This document shows positions 16,629 through 31,222 of a DNA stretch of 64,000 nt, piece by piece; position 1 is the stretch's first letter; the number at the start of each line of letters is the position of its first letter. Below the pieces are notes generated by a model. The model searched no databases. It had not been told where the DNA came from and saw nothing but the letters and a program-made list of their open reading frames with translations. The position numbers and the translations under genes were made by a program. The stretch comes from the human T2T-CHM13v2.0 reference genome, Homo sapiens. Location of the stretch: NCBI RefSeq assembly GCF_009914755.1, contig NC_060935.1; one strand, 5' to 3'.

Positions 16629-16943
16629 CTTCTTCTTCTTTTTTTTTTTTTTTTTTTGAGACGGAGTCTCGCTCTTTCACCCAGGCCGGACTGCAGTGGC
16701 GCGATCTCAGCTCACTGCAAGCTCCGCCTCCCGGGTTCACGCCATTCTCCTGCCTGAGCCACCCCCCGCGAGCAGCTGGGACTACAGGCGCCCGCCACCG
16801 CGCCTGGCTAATTTTTTGTGTTTTTAGTAGAGACGGGGTTTCACCGTGTTAGCCAGGATGGTCTCGATCTCCTGACCTCGTGATCCGCCTGCCTAGGCCT
16901 CCCAAAGTGCTGGGATTACAGGCGTGAGCCACCGCGCCCGGCG
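16629..16943 (-). mobile_element. Young, CpG-rich AluY
   Basis: TSD GGGGCTCTTCTT at 16617-16628 and 16945-16956. Confidence 0.95.
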
Positions 16944-18200
16944 TGGGGCTCTTCTTTAGATTAGAAAGGTCCTGGTTTACAGTAGACAATGAGTATTTGT
17001 TTACTGAATGAGAAGGAGAAGCCAGAATTGCGAACAGCAAACCAGGGGTAAAGAACAGGTGTGAAGGCCCTGAAGAGAGACAGACTTTCTCAAACTCTGT
17101 AGAATAGAAAAAAAAAAAAAGGGATGAAAAGGAAAATGGGAGAGAGAAAAAGAAAGAAGGAAAGAAAAAAAAGAAGGAAGGGAGGAAGGGAGGGAGGGAG
17201 TCAGCCAGCCAGCCAGCCATTGAGGTACAGGATTATTGGGTACATCTGTGGCTATAAGGTTTTTTGTTTGCTTTTTTTTTTTTTTTTTAAAGTTAAGTTT
17301 GGCACCATGAACATCATTAATGGCCTTAGCAAGAGCAGTTATGATGAGGTTGTGGAGACAGGAGGGGAGTAGGCTGCAGAATAAATAGGAGGTAAGGTAC
17401 TCGAAGTAGAAGTTGTAAATAGCTATTTTAAAAAGACTAGCTTTGAAGGAAAGCAGAGATAGGGTTTATCTAGAAGCTGACATGGGATCCCAGGAGCACT
17501 TTTTTTTTTTTGGTGAAGAAAAGGAAAATTATTTTCCTTTAAGTAGAATGTCTGAATGATGCTTAGGATAACTCAGTAGAAGGCAAAATTTAAAGATGCC
17601 ATAAAGCGAGATTTCTAAAATGGGACCATGGGAAACAATCTAAAAACATGTGGAGGAGCAAGCGAAGAAGAGATGAGGCAAGAGAACAGAATGACTTCTT
17701 TCATTGTAAAAGAAGGGGCAAAGGAAGGAATGGGTACAAATCCAAGTAAATTCTAAGTAGGAATATGAAGCTTCTATTTCATCTGTGATATATGAGGCAA
17801 AGTCTGGAGGGTGGGGGCAGAGAGGTAAAGGGCAGAAAAAAAGTGGCAGAAGGAGAATAAGAGTAAAACTGAAGACAATTCTGAGGAAAAGCATGCAATT
17901 ATTTCCAGAGATAGAAAACACAGGCAGAAAACTAGGCTTGTGGAAAAGGTAAATGAGTCAGTTGAATAGGCCAATTCCTGAAGAAATCATCAAAAGAAAG
18001 GCTGTAGTGGTTTTTTCAGTTTGCAAATGTCAAATCCTGTCAAGAGCCCATTAGGTCTTCTACCCTTTGATCCAGTAATCCCACCTATAGAAATTTATTC
18101 TACAGAAGTAATCTTTGAAAGGAGAAAGCTATATGCAGTGCTATTGGGTAAAATTACAGTATAATTTATAATAGGAAAAGAAAAACCTAAAAACCTACAC

Positions 18201-18461
18201 CTGATAGTTTTATGTGTCAACTTGGCTAGGCTATAGTCCCCAGTTATTCAATTAAACATTAATGTAGATGTTGCTGGGAAGGTATTTTGCAGATGTGGTT
18301 AACATCTACAATCAGCTGACGTTAAGTAAAGAATATTATCCTCCATAATCTGGATGGACTTCATCTAATCAGTTGAAAGGCTTTAAGAGCAAAACTGAAG
18401 TTTCTCTAAGAAAGAATTATTCTACTGGTTCTGTTTCTCCAGTAGAACATTGACTGACACA
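18201..18461 (+). mobile_element. MLT2-type ERVL LTR, internally deleted, within an old L1 fragment
   Basis: TTTTATGTGTCAACTTGGCTAGGCTA start and TTCTACTGGTTCTGTTTCTC...GACTGACACA end. Confidence 0.8.
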
Positions 18462-18993
18462 ATAGTTTCGGGTAAATTATGGAACATCATCTTAAATTTT
18501 ACAATGAAGACTAAAGAGTAACATGCGGGAATGTGTATAAGTCAAGAAAAAAGGGCAAACAACAAACTTAGGTCTACATTATGATTACAACTACATGTAT
18601 GTTTATGTATGTTTACATACACCAAAAAAGGAAACAGAAAAGGGTTGTCAGGATGGCATCATAACTAAATTTTAAATTGATTCAAAAGTTTGTGAAACAA
18701 AGCCCTGTTATTTTTAATGGAACAAAGTCACATTATTCATGTTAAGCTTTATTAGAATAGTGTGGCACTTTAAAGAAACCCATACTAATCCAAAAGAAAA
18801 CTGCGAATTTTGAAACATTGCCTTCGATAATACTAAAAAGAGCTGACCCACTAGAAGACAAATAGGCCTTCAAGGGTCTCAGTCCAATGCCATTTTTCAG
18901 TAACATGCAATTCCTCAGCTTAAAGGAAATGAAGAAAGATCCAGAGTAGCAAAGTAGCTGCTGATCAGCTTTAAGAATTTTCCACATCTTTTC

Positions 18994-19314
<321 letters not shown>

Positions 19315-19493
19315 TCAGGACATACTTTCAACTTTTACTCAGGTCAGAGGCATTTGCACTGGGCAGCTACACATTTAGCACAGTAAGGTTTCTTCTCTCC
19401 TCTCTTCTCCTAATACCAGACATTGAAAGGATTTTTTTTTTTATGTTCTTTGAACTTAAGAAAATCAAATAACAGTTCTTAGTAAAGAAGTCA

Positions 19494-19866
<373 letters not shown>

Positions 19867-20819
19867 TCAATCAAAGTGCCTACTATAGGTTAGGCACTGG
19901 GGGATACAACAGTGAGAAAAAAAAAAAAAAGGTGGGTGGGGGTGGGGTGGGGGGGCTTTTAGGAAAAAGGGTACTATGTTAAAACTCATTCTCTTGAAGG
20001 TGCCAAGCCTTAAAGAGAAATGATTCTCTGGAACTTAGGGTCTAGTAGGGTAGACAGATATTCATCAAATAATGCCACAGAGTATCAAGTAAGAGTATAG
20101 TTTCATGTAAGCAAATAATGATATGAATGCTAAAGTGTTTACGGGTGTACTGATATCTGCAACTTATTTTGAAATGCTTCAAAATAAGACAGGTTAATGA
20201 ATGGATCAAGGGATACACAGACATGCGATAAAGAAAACACAGCAAAATACCACAGAATCTAAATAATGGGTATATGGGTGTTCACTGCACATACTCCCCT
20301 GCCAATGTTTTATTTAAAAAAAATTTTTAACGTACATAAAATTAAAGAAATATAGTATAAAATGAAACAGTTTCAAGAAGAGTCAGCCTACAGGAAAATT
20401 TTTATGAAAAATTCAGTCTTTGAGAGGGTCCACCTACCACAGATAGCCAGAGGCAGTCTCAAGACCACTTGGAAACTTGTATTAATCAATTTATTCTTCA
20501 TCAATATTTATTTACTTGTTTGTTTTAGCTGACAATGAAATAGAGCATTCTACTCCCAAGATACTATGCTAAAAGTGCTTGTTCATCTCCTCATTCTAGC
20601 ACTCTAGAGAGGAGAAGAGAGACTTTGGCAATTACTGTCTCCATCTATAAAATCAGACTTGATAATCCCCTCTCAGTCCCTTCGGATTAACTAGGATATT
20701 ACACAGGGTAGCGTTTTGAAAGGTCTCTTCCTCCCACTCCAACTTCATCTCATACCATTTACTCTTGCTTCCTATACAACAGCCATAATTTTTTTTAGTT
20801 CCTCTATGTTGAGGTAAAC

Positions 20820-21140
20820 CAGCATTATCCAACTGAAAGATACGGTTAGCCTTAAAGAAAAGCCACATATGTAATCTCAAATTTTCTAGTAGCCATATTT
20901 TAAAGTTTGTAAAGAGGTGAAATTAATTTTAAAATACATTTAACCCAATATATTCAAAATATTAACAATTCAACATATAACCAATATAAAAAGTTAATGA
21001 GTTATTTTACATTATTTTTTCAGTATTGTCTTCAAACTCTGGTATGTATTTTATTTACACTTACAGTGCATCTCTATGTGAATCAGTCAGTGTGCTCAAC
21101 AGCCACACTGGCTAAGTAGCTACCATATTGAGCAGCACAT
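20820..21140. mobile_element. MER33-like hAT DNA transposon
   Basis: AGCCACATATGTAAT..AAATTTTCTAGTAGCCA and GCTACCATATTGAGCAGCAC motifs. Confidence 0.7.
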
Positions 21141-21557
21141 CTCTAAACTTTTACCTACTCTCAGGGCCTTTGTGCATTTAAAATGTTCCCTCTGCCTGAC
21201 ATGCTTTTTCCCCCTCAGTGTTCTGCATGACTAAAATCTATTTATCATGCACATCTCAGTTTAAAAGCATCATTTCCTCAATGAGGTCTTTTCCTTATCA
21301 CTCCAAAATTCTCTACATTAGTCCTTTATCTCTTTTGTAGGACTTACCAAAATCTGCAACTGTCCACTTGTATATCTACTTACTTTTCTCTGTATTACCC
21401 TCTGGAATGTAATCTTTGTAAGAGCAAGGACAAGGACCATGTCTGTATTATTTATGAGTGTATCCTTAGTACTAAGTACAATGCTTGGCACACAGGAAGA
21501 AATCAATAAATATGTGTAGTCTAATTAAGGAATAAATAGAAGCACTATAGAGCTGTA

Positions 21558-21911
21558 CAGATGCTCCTTGACTTATGATTAGGTTACGACCTGATAAACC
21601 CAACTTACACTGAAATACTTTAAGTCAAAAATGCATTTAATACACCTAACATACCAAACATCGTAGCTCAGCCTACCCAACCTTAAACATACTCAGAACA
21701 CTTACGTTCACCTACAGTTATGCAAAATCATCTAACACAGAGTCTATTTTTTAATAAAGTGATGAATATCTCATGTAATTTATTCAATACTGCACTGAAA
21801 GTGATTGGATGGGTATTCCAAGTATGGTTTCTACTGAATGCATATTGCTTTTACACCATCATAAAGTCGAAAAATCATTAAGTTGAACCCCTGTAAGTCA
21901 GGGACCAGCTG
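21558..21911. mobile_element. MER47A-like Tigger-family element
   Basis: Imperfect TIRs CAGATGCTCCTTGACTTA and TAAGTCAGGGACCAGCTG, flanked by TA on both sides. Confidence 0.8.
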
Positions 21912-21934
21912 TATTGGATTGGTACATACATGAA

Positions 21935-21937
<3 letters not shown>

Positions 21938-21965
<28 letters not shown>

Positions 21966-21990
21966 CTGTGTGTGTGTCTGTGTGTGTGTG
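21938..21990. repeat. Interrupted (GT)n microsatellite
   Basis: GT run with two CT interruptions. Confidence 0.95.
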
Positions 21991-22633
21991 AAGAATATAC
22001 TCAGCAGCCATTCCTAACTGTCCTGGAACCTTTACCACATAGTCAACTAAGTCAATTATCCGGCAAGTGGCAATGGATAGTAAAAAAACGATTTTTTGAA
22101 AGAGTTAGAGGGAACTATAAATATATTTTACCATTCTCCTAGGAACCTACAATTTTTTAAAAAGTGCCACTGGTCAGGGCAGCACCCAAATGATCAGGAA
22201 CAGGTGACCAGATTTGGAGACAGAAAATATGAATTAAAGATTCCAGTTTGTAACTTCCCAGCTACATAATCATGCCACTTAACTTCTGTTCATTTATAAA
22301 AATATGATGGCTAAAGAACAGAATTAAGTTAAATGAGACTCTATATAAAAGGGTTTTGAAAACAGTAAAGCACAAAAATTATATATATAATCCTATATAT
22401 AATCTCTAGAAAGTCCAGGAAACTTGGACTTTTCAAGTCTATCACAATGGGCTTTCTCATTTTGCTCACCTGGTTCTTTATTTTTTTTTAAGTTACTTTA
22501 CAAATTACATATGTAATTTATTAAATTAAGCAAAATCTATCCTGGATACCAAAAAAATCTCAGACTCTGGACTGGTGAGATAATTCCATATGAGAAAATA
22601 AGTGGGAGGGAATGTTATAAAATAGTAATTCTT

Positions 22634-22920
22634 GGCCGGGCAAAGTGGCTCATGCCTGTAATTCCAGCACGTTGGGAGGCTGAGGCGGGCAGTTCACTTG
22701 AGTCCAGCCTGGGCAACACGGCAAAACCCTGTCTCTACAAAAAATACAAAAATTAGCTGGGCTTAGTAGCATGCCCCTGTGGTCCCAGCTACTCGGAGAC
22801 TAAAGTGAGACGATTGCTTGAGCCCGGGAGGGCAGCACTGCAGTGAGCTATGATGGAGCTACTGTACTCCAACCTGGATGACAGAGCAAGACCCTGTCTC
22901 AAAAAAATAAATAAATAAAA
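22634..22920 (+). mobile_element. AluJ with a left-arm deletion
   Basis: Flanking repeat AATAGTAATTCT. Confidence 0.9.
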
Positions 22921-23273
22921 TATTAATAGTAATTCTCTAACAGGTAATTGGAGAACCAAGAGCCCCTCCAACTATACCAAGTCCCTCTTTACCCATCCCC
23001 AAAACTGGCAATTTACATTTTGTTCCTGTAGCCCATTGGGAACTATTTCCATAGTGAAATACTGTTACTGATGGACTACATCCCAGTGTATCACAGAGAA
23101 AGGGTGAGGGCAGGGAGTAGGTGAGAAGGTTAAGAATCACTGTCGAAATATTCAAGCAAAGAAGTTGGCATCAAATTCAACACATTTATTTGACAGCTAA
23201 GGAAAACTGAGTCTCAGGACGGTTAAGTGACTTGCTGTGGTTACACAGTAATAATTTTTAAAAATGTCTTCAA

Positions 23274-23625
<352 letters not shown>

Positions 23626-26600
23626 TTAGCCAACATCAGTCTAGCACATTACAGCTTCCAAATTGTTGTGCATATATCCACAGAGCTTACCTGATTCCCT
23701 ACCACACCGCAAAAGTCTAAGACGGCTATGGTGTAATAGAAAAAGCATGATGAACTAAACAATCATAAGAACCTGGCTTCAGATCTTAGCTGTGCTGTAT
23801 AGCCTCAGCAAGTCAATTAACCTCTTTGTGTTTTCTTCTATCAAATGAATATAAAACAACACCTGTCCTAGCTAACCCAGGGGATTGTCCAAAGAATAAA
23901 GTCAGATAATATCAGTAAAAGTATTTTGTACATTATACAAAAGGCCCTTCATCATCTGGGCCCTGCCTCCTCTCTGCTCTCACGCCTCCCCACTTTACAC
24001 CCTATCTTCTAAGCATACTAAACTACACAGGGCTCCCCAAACAGGCTCTCAAATCTTCTGCTCACATATTGCTCTCTCTTTCAAGAGGGTCCATCATCTC
24101 CCCTTTCTTCTCACCCCTCCCTGACTGTGCTTCGTTAACCCCTGATCATTTTTCAGAACCCATCTTAGATGTCACCTCCTTTAAGAATGCTTGCCAGGCC
24201 ACCCCCATTTCAAGTGCAGCAGATGCCCTTCCTCTGTGTTCACATGGCACTTGCACTTATCTCCATATTTTTGTCATTTTTTGTCTCAATGTAGTGTAAT
24301 TGTCTATGCACATGTCTGTTTCTCCCGGAAACTATAAACCCAAGGGTAGAGGCTATGATTCATCTGTTTATTCAGAACCTATGACAATGCCTGATGCATA
24401 ATATGTATTTAGCAAATGAATGAACTTTAAATGGCAATAAAATATTACTTTTCATATAATACTTACATAAGACATTTATGCAAAACATTGTTAATATAAG
24501 GCAGTGCTTCTCAACTTTGCATATCAGAATCACCTATAAACCTTTCAAAATAGAGATGCCAAGGCAACTCTTTACATCTTCACAAGTAATTCAAGTGCAT
24601 AGCCAAAATTAAAACCACTGCTACACACAATCATAGTCATAAAATTACAAACTACTCTACCTAACATCTATATAGCTCAGTATCTTACAATTCACTTTTA
24701 CATATATTATTAATCTTCACAAGAATTCTGTAAGTTAGGTATTATTTCTTTCAAATGAACAAATAGAGATTTAAATAAGTGTCCAAGTAGCTCTTTGTCT
24801 AACTTCAAATTTTGTGCTCTTCCTTATACCCTCCCTTGGTAAGTGCAGTAATACACAAATCAAGGGTTCCACCAGTGAGGAAGACATCAATCTTAGCTTT
24901 GTGGGAATCCAGGAGGAAATAAGGAAAGCTGGACCTTAAAGATATAGGCAGGCAGATGAGGGTGGAAGCCATGCATATACTGTCATTGTCATTTGCCATC
25001 CCAAAAGATTCAAAAGGCAGATTCTATAAATTAGAAAATGCTCTTGCCAGCCTCAGTTAGTACTTAACAGTCTGAAAGGGAAAGGGATATTGGAGAAGGC
25101 TGGAAGTAGAAAAGTAATAAAAGAAAGCAGCCCATAAACAAGAATGGATTTCCCAATCCTGCATGCAAATTACCTAACTCTGACTCCAGGAACAAAAGCC
25201 AAGACATAATGGACTTAAGAATTAGATGAATTCTACAGTCAATCAATACCACGAAAACTCATGAGGGATGAATGAACCTCTGGTTCTTTCTAGACTTACT
25301 ACTACACTATTCCTCAAGAAGGGATAATCCGGAGAAGCCTAGCATATACATGACTTTCCCCATCTCAAAAACTAAAAGAATGGGAGAGAAGAGGAAGATA
25401 TTCATGAAAGAAAAGGCTTACAAAAAGGGTAGAAAAATGTAGCACATTAAGTTAATAAATTTACGATGGCACAGGGAAATATTCAGGCACAAGTGATTCC
25501 AAATACTGGATAAAGCCTGATCTGGCAGCTTCAGTAAAGAGGTATTATCTTCTAAGTCTGCAACATCATGACCATCTGACATAGAGTTTTATCAGCAATT
25601 ATCCTTTCTAGTTCAAACTGTGGACTTCAGTCAGGGTTTTCTTAGGGAGAAGAAGCTAAAGAGATTAGGAACCAATTTAAAAGAATGTGTCTAGTGCCCC
25701 AAAATTTAGTTTGATAGAGTTTAAAAGGCAATATGTTATAGTGGCAAAGTAAAGTACTACACTTAGAATTTTAAAATGTGGTTTAAAATCAATATTCAGG
25801 CATTCATTAATGATGTGCCTCTGAGCAAGCCAAGACTTCTATTAATATGATCCTCAGCCTGCTAACTCGTAAAATGGGAATACCTATCTCATAGGGCTGT
25901 TACGAAGATTGAACAAAATAACATCCAGGAAAGATGTTATTTTTCCTGTATGAATGATAAATGTAAACGAATGTAAATCTGTCTTCACCAAGCCTTCTAA
26001 TACACACACAAAAAAAACATACCAAATGGAAACTTTAACTCTCACTGCAATATATTTACTTGCAAAACATTCCTATATCCTCTGTGCAGAAACATTAAAA
26101 GCAGCCTCTGTACTGAAAATAGCACATAGCTGCTGGAGTCAGGTGCACATGGACTAGAATTGTTGGTCTGCCACTTACTTGCAGCAAAACCTTAAATAAG
26201 CTCCCTTTACTAGTATGACTCTCAGGTTTCCTCACCTATGATACAGAGATACCAGCAATCATCTCATAAGGTTATTCTGAGGGTTAAAAAGAACATGTTA
26301 AACATCTCATATAGGGCCTGGTACAGAACAGGTATTCAGTAACATAAGCCATTTTTAGTAAGCTTACCACCACCTAACAACTAACAAGCAAATTATACTT
26401 TTCAAAGATTCCTTTATAGTCATTATTTTAATTGCTTCATGATCCTGTAAACTAGTCGTAGCAACTATTACTATCCCCATTTTACAGTTGGGACAAAACA
26501 CAGAGATAAAAATTACTTCTACAAGGTCATGCAGTAACATAGACACTAAAGAAGGTCTCCTAACTTTTCCAGGGTTTCATTTTCACCCACTACAAATTAC

Positions 26601-28144
26601 AACATTACCCCTTAGAAATTAAAACATCTGTGAAGAGACTTTTTTTTTTTTTTTAATAATGGGCATAGAAAATGACCCAGAAGGAGCAAACACTGGTGTG
26701 GGAGAATGTTTTTAAATTTTTTATTTTCAAGTTTGAATATACTGACTATTAATTTTGAATCAATGCATTTTTCCTTTTATTTTTAGTTGATATGTAATAA
26801 TTGTACATATTTATGATATTTTGAGATGTATATAATTCGTAATAATCAAATCAGGATAATTAGCATATTCATCACTCCAAACATTTATCATTTCTTTATC
26901 ATAAACAGTCAAAAGCCTCGTTTTTAGATGCATATTGTTTATCGCTTTTCAAAAATAAACAATAAACTGTAGTGAGATGTATTCTTTTGATAACCTTAAA
27001 CTTGTCTCTTTACTATGCCAAAAAGAAATATTTTTCTCCCACTTTCTGGTTATTATTTAGAAAAATAACATGGAGAGGGATCAGAAAATTCATTAAAACC
27101 AGCAACAACAGAATTAATGTCTCAAATTGGCAACTGCTGATTCCACCTTGATTTTTGTTTTAGTTTTCCCCAACAAAGCCCATGACCTCTTAAAATTTTT
27201 TAAAAGTCTGCCTGTCAAAATGATGCTTGTTTGACAAATTATTCCTAAACTGAGGGAAACAAATAGAAAGGCAGCTTTCTCCCCCCCTTTATGATCATAT
27301 ACCACCTTTTTTCATCCCTCTATTTCATCTCTTCATTTCAGCACTTATCATGTCATATTATCTCTAGCTCCTTAAAGACTTGGGCTGCACTCTTGTATAT
27401 AGCTGAACATCCTGCCCAGCACAGGGTCTGGCACATGGTGGAGAAGGACTCATAATTTTATAGTAAACGGATGAATAATTGAAGCCACTCTCCCAGAAGG
27501 AAGCTAGGAAAGGAGAAAACTGGGCATGGTATCTTAGGGCTAATAAGAAAGTGAAAGAAACAAAGCATTTTAAGAGCTTGACAAGGAAGAGAAACCTTTG
27601 TGTGGAGTCAAACAGGCCCTATATAGCTTTAAGTATCACCAGAGAAAGACAAAAACCACAGGAGACCAGGAAGAGACAGTTTTAAGTTAAAAGACTCAAA
27701 AGTTAAGAGTGCTTATTTAGACTTGCAAAACCAACTTGCAAATTCAAAAGAAACAATCCTGGCTTGGAATATTGCAACAGCAGTTTTCAGGTGGTGGTTA
27801 AAACAAACAAACGAACAAAAGACTAGGCTAAAAATTCTTGCAGGCTTTGGTTGGAGACACATAAAGGGAAAAGCTCAACCTAAAATGAATCCCCCAAAAA
27901 TGTTAGGATCCCCTTGGATTTGCACATTGGACCATGATTCCTATTCATTCTGAGAACGGTTCTTGAGTAAAACCCCAATGTCGCAGCTGGCAATACATAG
28001 AATTAAATCATCTTACATTATTCATTCAACAAATACTTGAGTGCCTGCTATATGCAGTCACTATTCTAGGCACTAGGATTAAAGCAATGACCAAACTGAC
28101 AAAACTTCCCAGTCTCAGGAAGCTTTCATTCTATTGGCAAGAGA

Positions 28145-28170
28145 GGGATGGGATGGGATGGGATGGGATG
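28145..28170. repeat. (GGGAT)5 pentanucleotide repeat
   Basis: GGGATGGGATGGGATGGGATGGGATG. Confidence 0.9.
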
Positions 28171-30356
28171 TCACGCAGTTAAGTGCTACGGAAGAAAAAC
28201 GGGACAGCAGGAGCTGGCAGGGTGCTGGTTTTTATTAAGAGCAGATCTTTTAACCCAGTGGTTCTCAAACTTTAGCAAGCATCAGAATCATTTAAAGGGC
28301 TTATTAAAGAAAAGAAATTCACAGGCTACCAAAAAAAGACAGGCACAAACTCAAGTAATTGCAACAGAGCGCTACAGAAGGCCATAAAAGTGGTATGTAC
28401 ATGAGCCAGAGGATGGAAGAGCAACTCATTCTATGCAGGAAAAGGAGAGACTAAGGGACTGCATCCCAGAGGCCCAACAAGGTCATCTCCACAGGCAGGT
28501 AAGGGGTGGAAGGGAAGCATTCCAGGAAGAAAACAGAACATGCAAGAGTGAAGATGAGAGTGGCAGGGGAGCCACAGAAAGTGAGACTGCAAAGGCAGGC
28601 AGTGGTCTGATCCCTGAGAGCTTTTTATTCCATGTTACTCTGAAATTTATCTTCAGAATATGAAGAGTCAGGGGTAGGGGGCGCTGATGTGGTAAGGTTT
28701 TGTTTTACAGAAATCTTTCTGGATGCACAGTACCTTCCTTTGAGGCACTGCTTCCTTCAAACCTAGCACAGGGACTCAAAACATGTGCTTAGTAAATGTA
28801 TATTGAATTGAACTGAACAAGCTTTTTACCAAATGCCCTGTTATGGATGAGGCAGGTCACCTTCCCTGCAGGACTCACTTTGGCCAAGAGAAGACTTGTA
28901 AAACAGGTCCAGCAGCCTCAATTATTGCACACTACTACCTGTACAACTGGAGTCCCCCAGAGATTAGGGCAGACCTTCATTGTTTACTTGTCTACCTCAC
29001 CCATTAGACTTTGAGCTCTTTGAAGACAGGGAATATCTTAATAGACTGAATCCCCATAGCCTTAGCAAGAGGCCTGAAACATAGTAGCTCTCCGAACTCC
29101 AGTAATGTTGGATAAACGAATTGACTGAATAAGCAAATTTACCAAGGTAGACCCATGAGCTCATGTAGTTAAAGAGTATGGATAAGCTTCAGGGAAAGTA
29201 TGGGAAGTTTTCAGGGTCAATGTTCCCAAAACCCTTTTTGAAAGGCATAGTTTCTAGTTGAGGTGGGGAGTTTTTATATGCACCTGACTTAGAATTTTCC
29301 AAATAGGAACCAAAATGTTGTAAGTGCTGTGGTAGAAATCCCACCGGGCCAATGGGAAGAAATCAGCTCTGTCTGTAAGAGGAGAGACAGGATGGAGGCC
29401 AGCAAAGACTTCACAGTGTGGGAATTCTTCAGTGGACTCTTGAAAGCTGAGTCCGGTGCTTGCTACTTGCCCGTTTTGGGGCATAAAACCAAACTTCTGG
29501 AGCTTTTAAGGCTGGAAGTGACCTGCTCAAGGTCACACAAGAAGTAGATGAAGCCACAGGGTAAGAGAGATGAGGTATCTGTACTGATAATTCCTACTTT
29601 CTCCTGACAGAGTTGAAAGAGAACCCAAAAATGTAGGAGGCAAAATTAAAGATTGTTCTCAGGAACAATTCTTAAAGTCAAGACTAATGAATCTGAATTT
29701 TTATTAGTAACCACGGAACTAACCCTTCCCTTCACTGTTCACAGTTTTTGTAACAGTAGAACAATTATCCAAGGGGTTTAAAAACCAAGGACGTTGCTCA
29801 CAACGCCAACACCCACTACTTCTCAAGTATTCTTCCAAAACACTCCCAGTAATGTGTACTGCTGAAATAGGATAGCGAAGGCTACAACAATCATGTCTTT
29901 TCAAACGTAATAATGAACATAAAATAACTATAAATCTCCTTCCCCGGTTGTTTTTCACTTCCCAAGTTACAGAATATTCCGGGGTGGGGGAGGGGCTGCG
30001 TAAGTCAAGTCCTACCAGCCCTTATTTTTCAGGGAGTAGAACCCTAAAGGTGACTGTCCAAGCCTGGAAGGGGTCATTTATTCCATGCAGAAGGAACTGG
30101 GCGCCGCTTTGCTGTGCCTCCTCGTAGCGGGACAGGGTGAGCGCCGCAGGACTGCGAAGTTCGGGACGGACTCGGTCCCGGACCGGTACTCGTGTGGCCT
30201 CCCGGCTCCAGCCTGGCCTGGCCCCGCCCCGCCCCTTCCCTCTCCCAGGTCTCTCGAATCGCCCGGCGTCTGAGACCCGCGACCCCGCCGGTACGCGCAC
30301 AGGGGGCCTTTGTTGGCCCGACGGGAGCGGGCCTCGCGGGGCGCCGCCCGCCTCAC

Positions 30357-30480
30357 CTTACCTGGCGCCTCCTCCCGCCCAGGCGCCCGGCCCCGCAACG
30401 CGAAATAAATGGGCCCAGACCCCCACTCCACCCGTCCCCACCCCCGCGCCCCAGCCCTGGCAGCCCGGGACGCGAGGGGT
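30357..30480 (-). other. Candidate alternative first exon or exon-1 extension with tandem donors
   Basis: Minus strand GGCGCCAG|GTAAG|GTGAGG; donor GTs at 30361-30360 and 30356-30355. The 5' boundary is unknown. Confidence 0.5.
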
Positions 30481-30504
30481 ACTGGGCGGTAGGCCCGCTC
30501 TCAC

Positions 30505-31040
30505 CTTCCGCGCTCGCTCAGCTCCTCTCGGCTCCTCCTCCTCCTCCCGGCGGTGGGTGCCGCCTAGCCGGGAGTGAGGGCGCGAGTGTGCGCGAGCTAC
30601 CGCTTCACTTTCTCCCTCCTGCCGCCGCCGCCGCGCTGCCCGTGGCGGGGCTCCCCTCAGGACAGGGGAACTGCGAGGGAAGGGATGATGGGGGGGCGGG
30701 AGGGAGCGAGGCGACGCGGGCGGGGGGGGAAGGGGGGACTGAGGGGCGAGGTGCGAAGGGCTCAGATGGCCTCTGAGGCAGGAGGTGGTAACTGGATGCG
30801 GAGACCAGGTTCCTCGAGGGGGCTCACGAAAGCGCGGGGCTCCGTGGAAAAGGGAATGAGAGTCCAAGGGGGAAGGCGTCTGTGGGGGAGGACTGCAGAG
30901 CCTGTGAGGGAAGCGCGATGGGCGAGCGAGGGGGCGGGAGCGTGTGGGGGAAGCCGTGAGGGGGCGTCTACTGTGCAGCCACCACCTTCGGCTCCGGCTG
31001 CAGCCGCGGGAGGGCAGCCTCCCCCGCCCACAGCCGCGCT
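30505..31040 (-). other. PAK1: Non-coding first exon (5'UTR), probably PAK1; 5' end approximate
   Basis: Minus strand reads ...GGAGGAGGAGGAGGAGCCGAGAGGAGCTGAGCGAGCGCGGAAG|GTGAGAG (donor GT at 30504-30503) inside a CpG island. The exon end matches my recollection of the PAK1 5'UTR. The gene identity is from memory, and the TSS cannot be fixed from sequence. Confidence 0.75.
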
Positions 31041-31069
31041 ATTGTACGCCGCCCGGCAGGCCTGACCGC

Positions 31070-31222
31070 CTAGTTCACTGGCTCCCCTACTCCTCCTCCT
31101 CCCGCCTCCTCCTCCCCTCTGCCCTTTCCCCTTCTCCCCCTCCCCCTCCCCCACTCCCCCTCCCCGGCGCGGCGGCGGCGGCTGCGGCTCCGGTGGAGCC
31201 GTGCCCGCCCCGCCTCCCGCAG
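31070..31222 (+). ncRNA. Candidate first exon of a divergent plus-strand transcript
   Basis: CCCGCAG|GTGAGAG donor (GT 31223-31224) facing away from the main exon inside the island; the start is a guess. Confidence 0.35.

Noticed and set aside
17105-17220. Lys/Arg-rich ORF resembling a nuclear localisation signal
   Set aside because: Translation of a GA-rich low-complexity tract.
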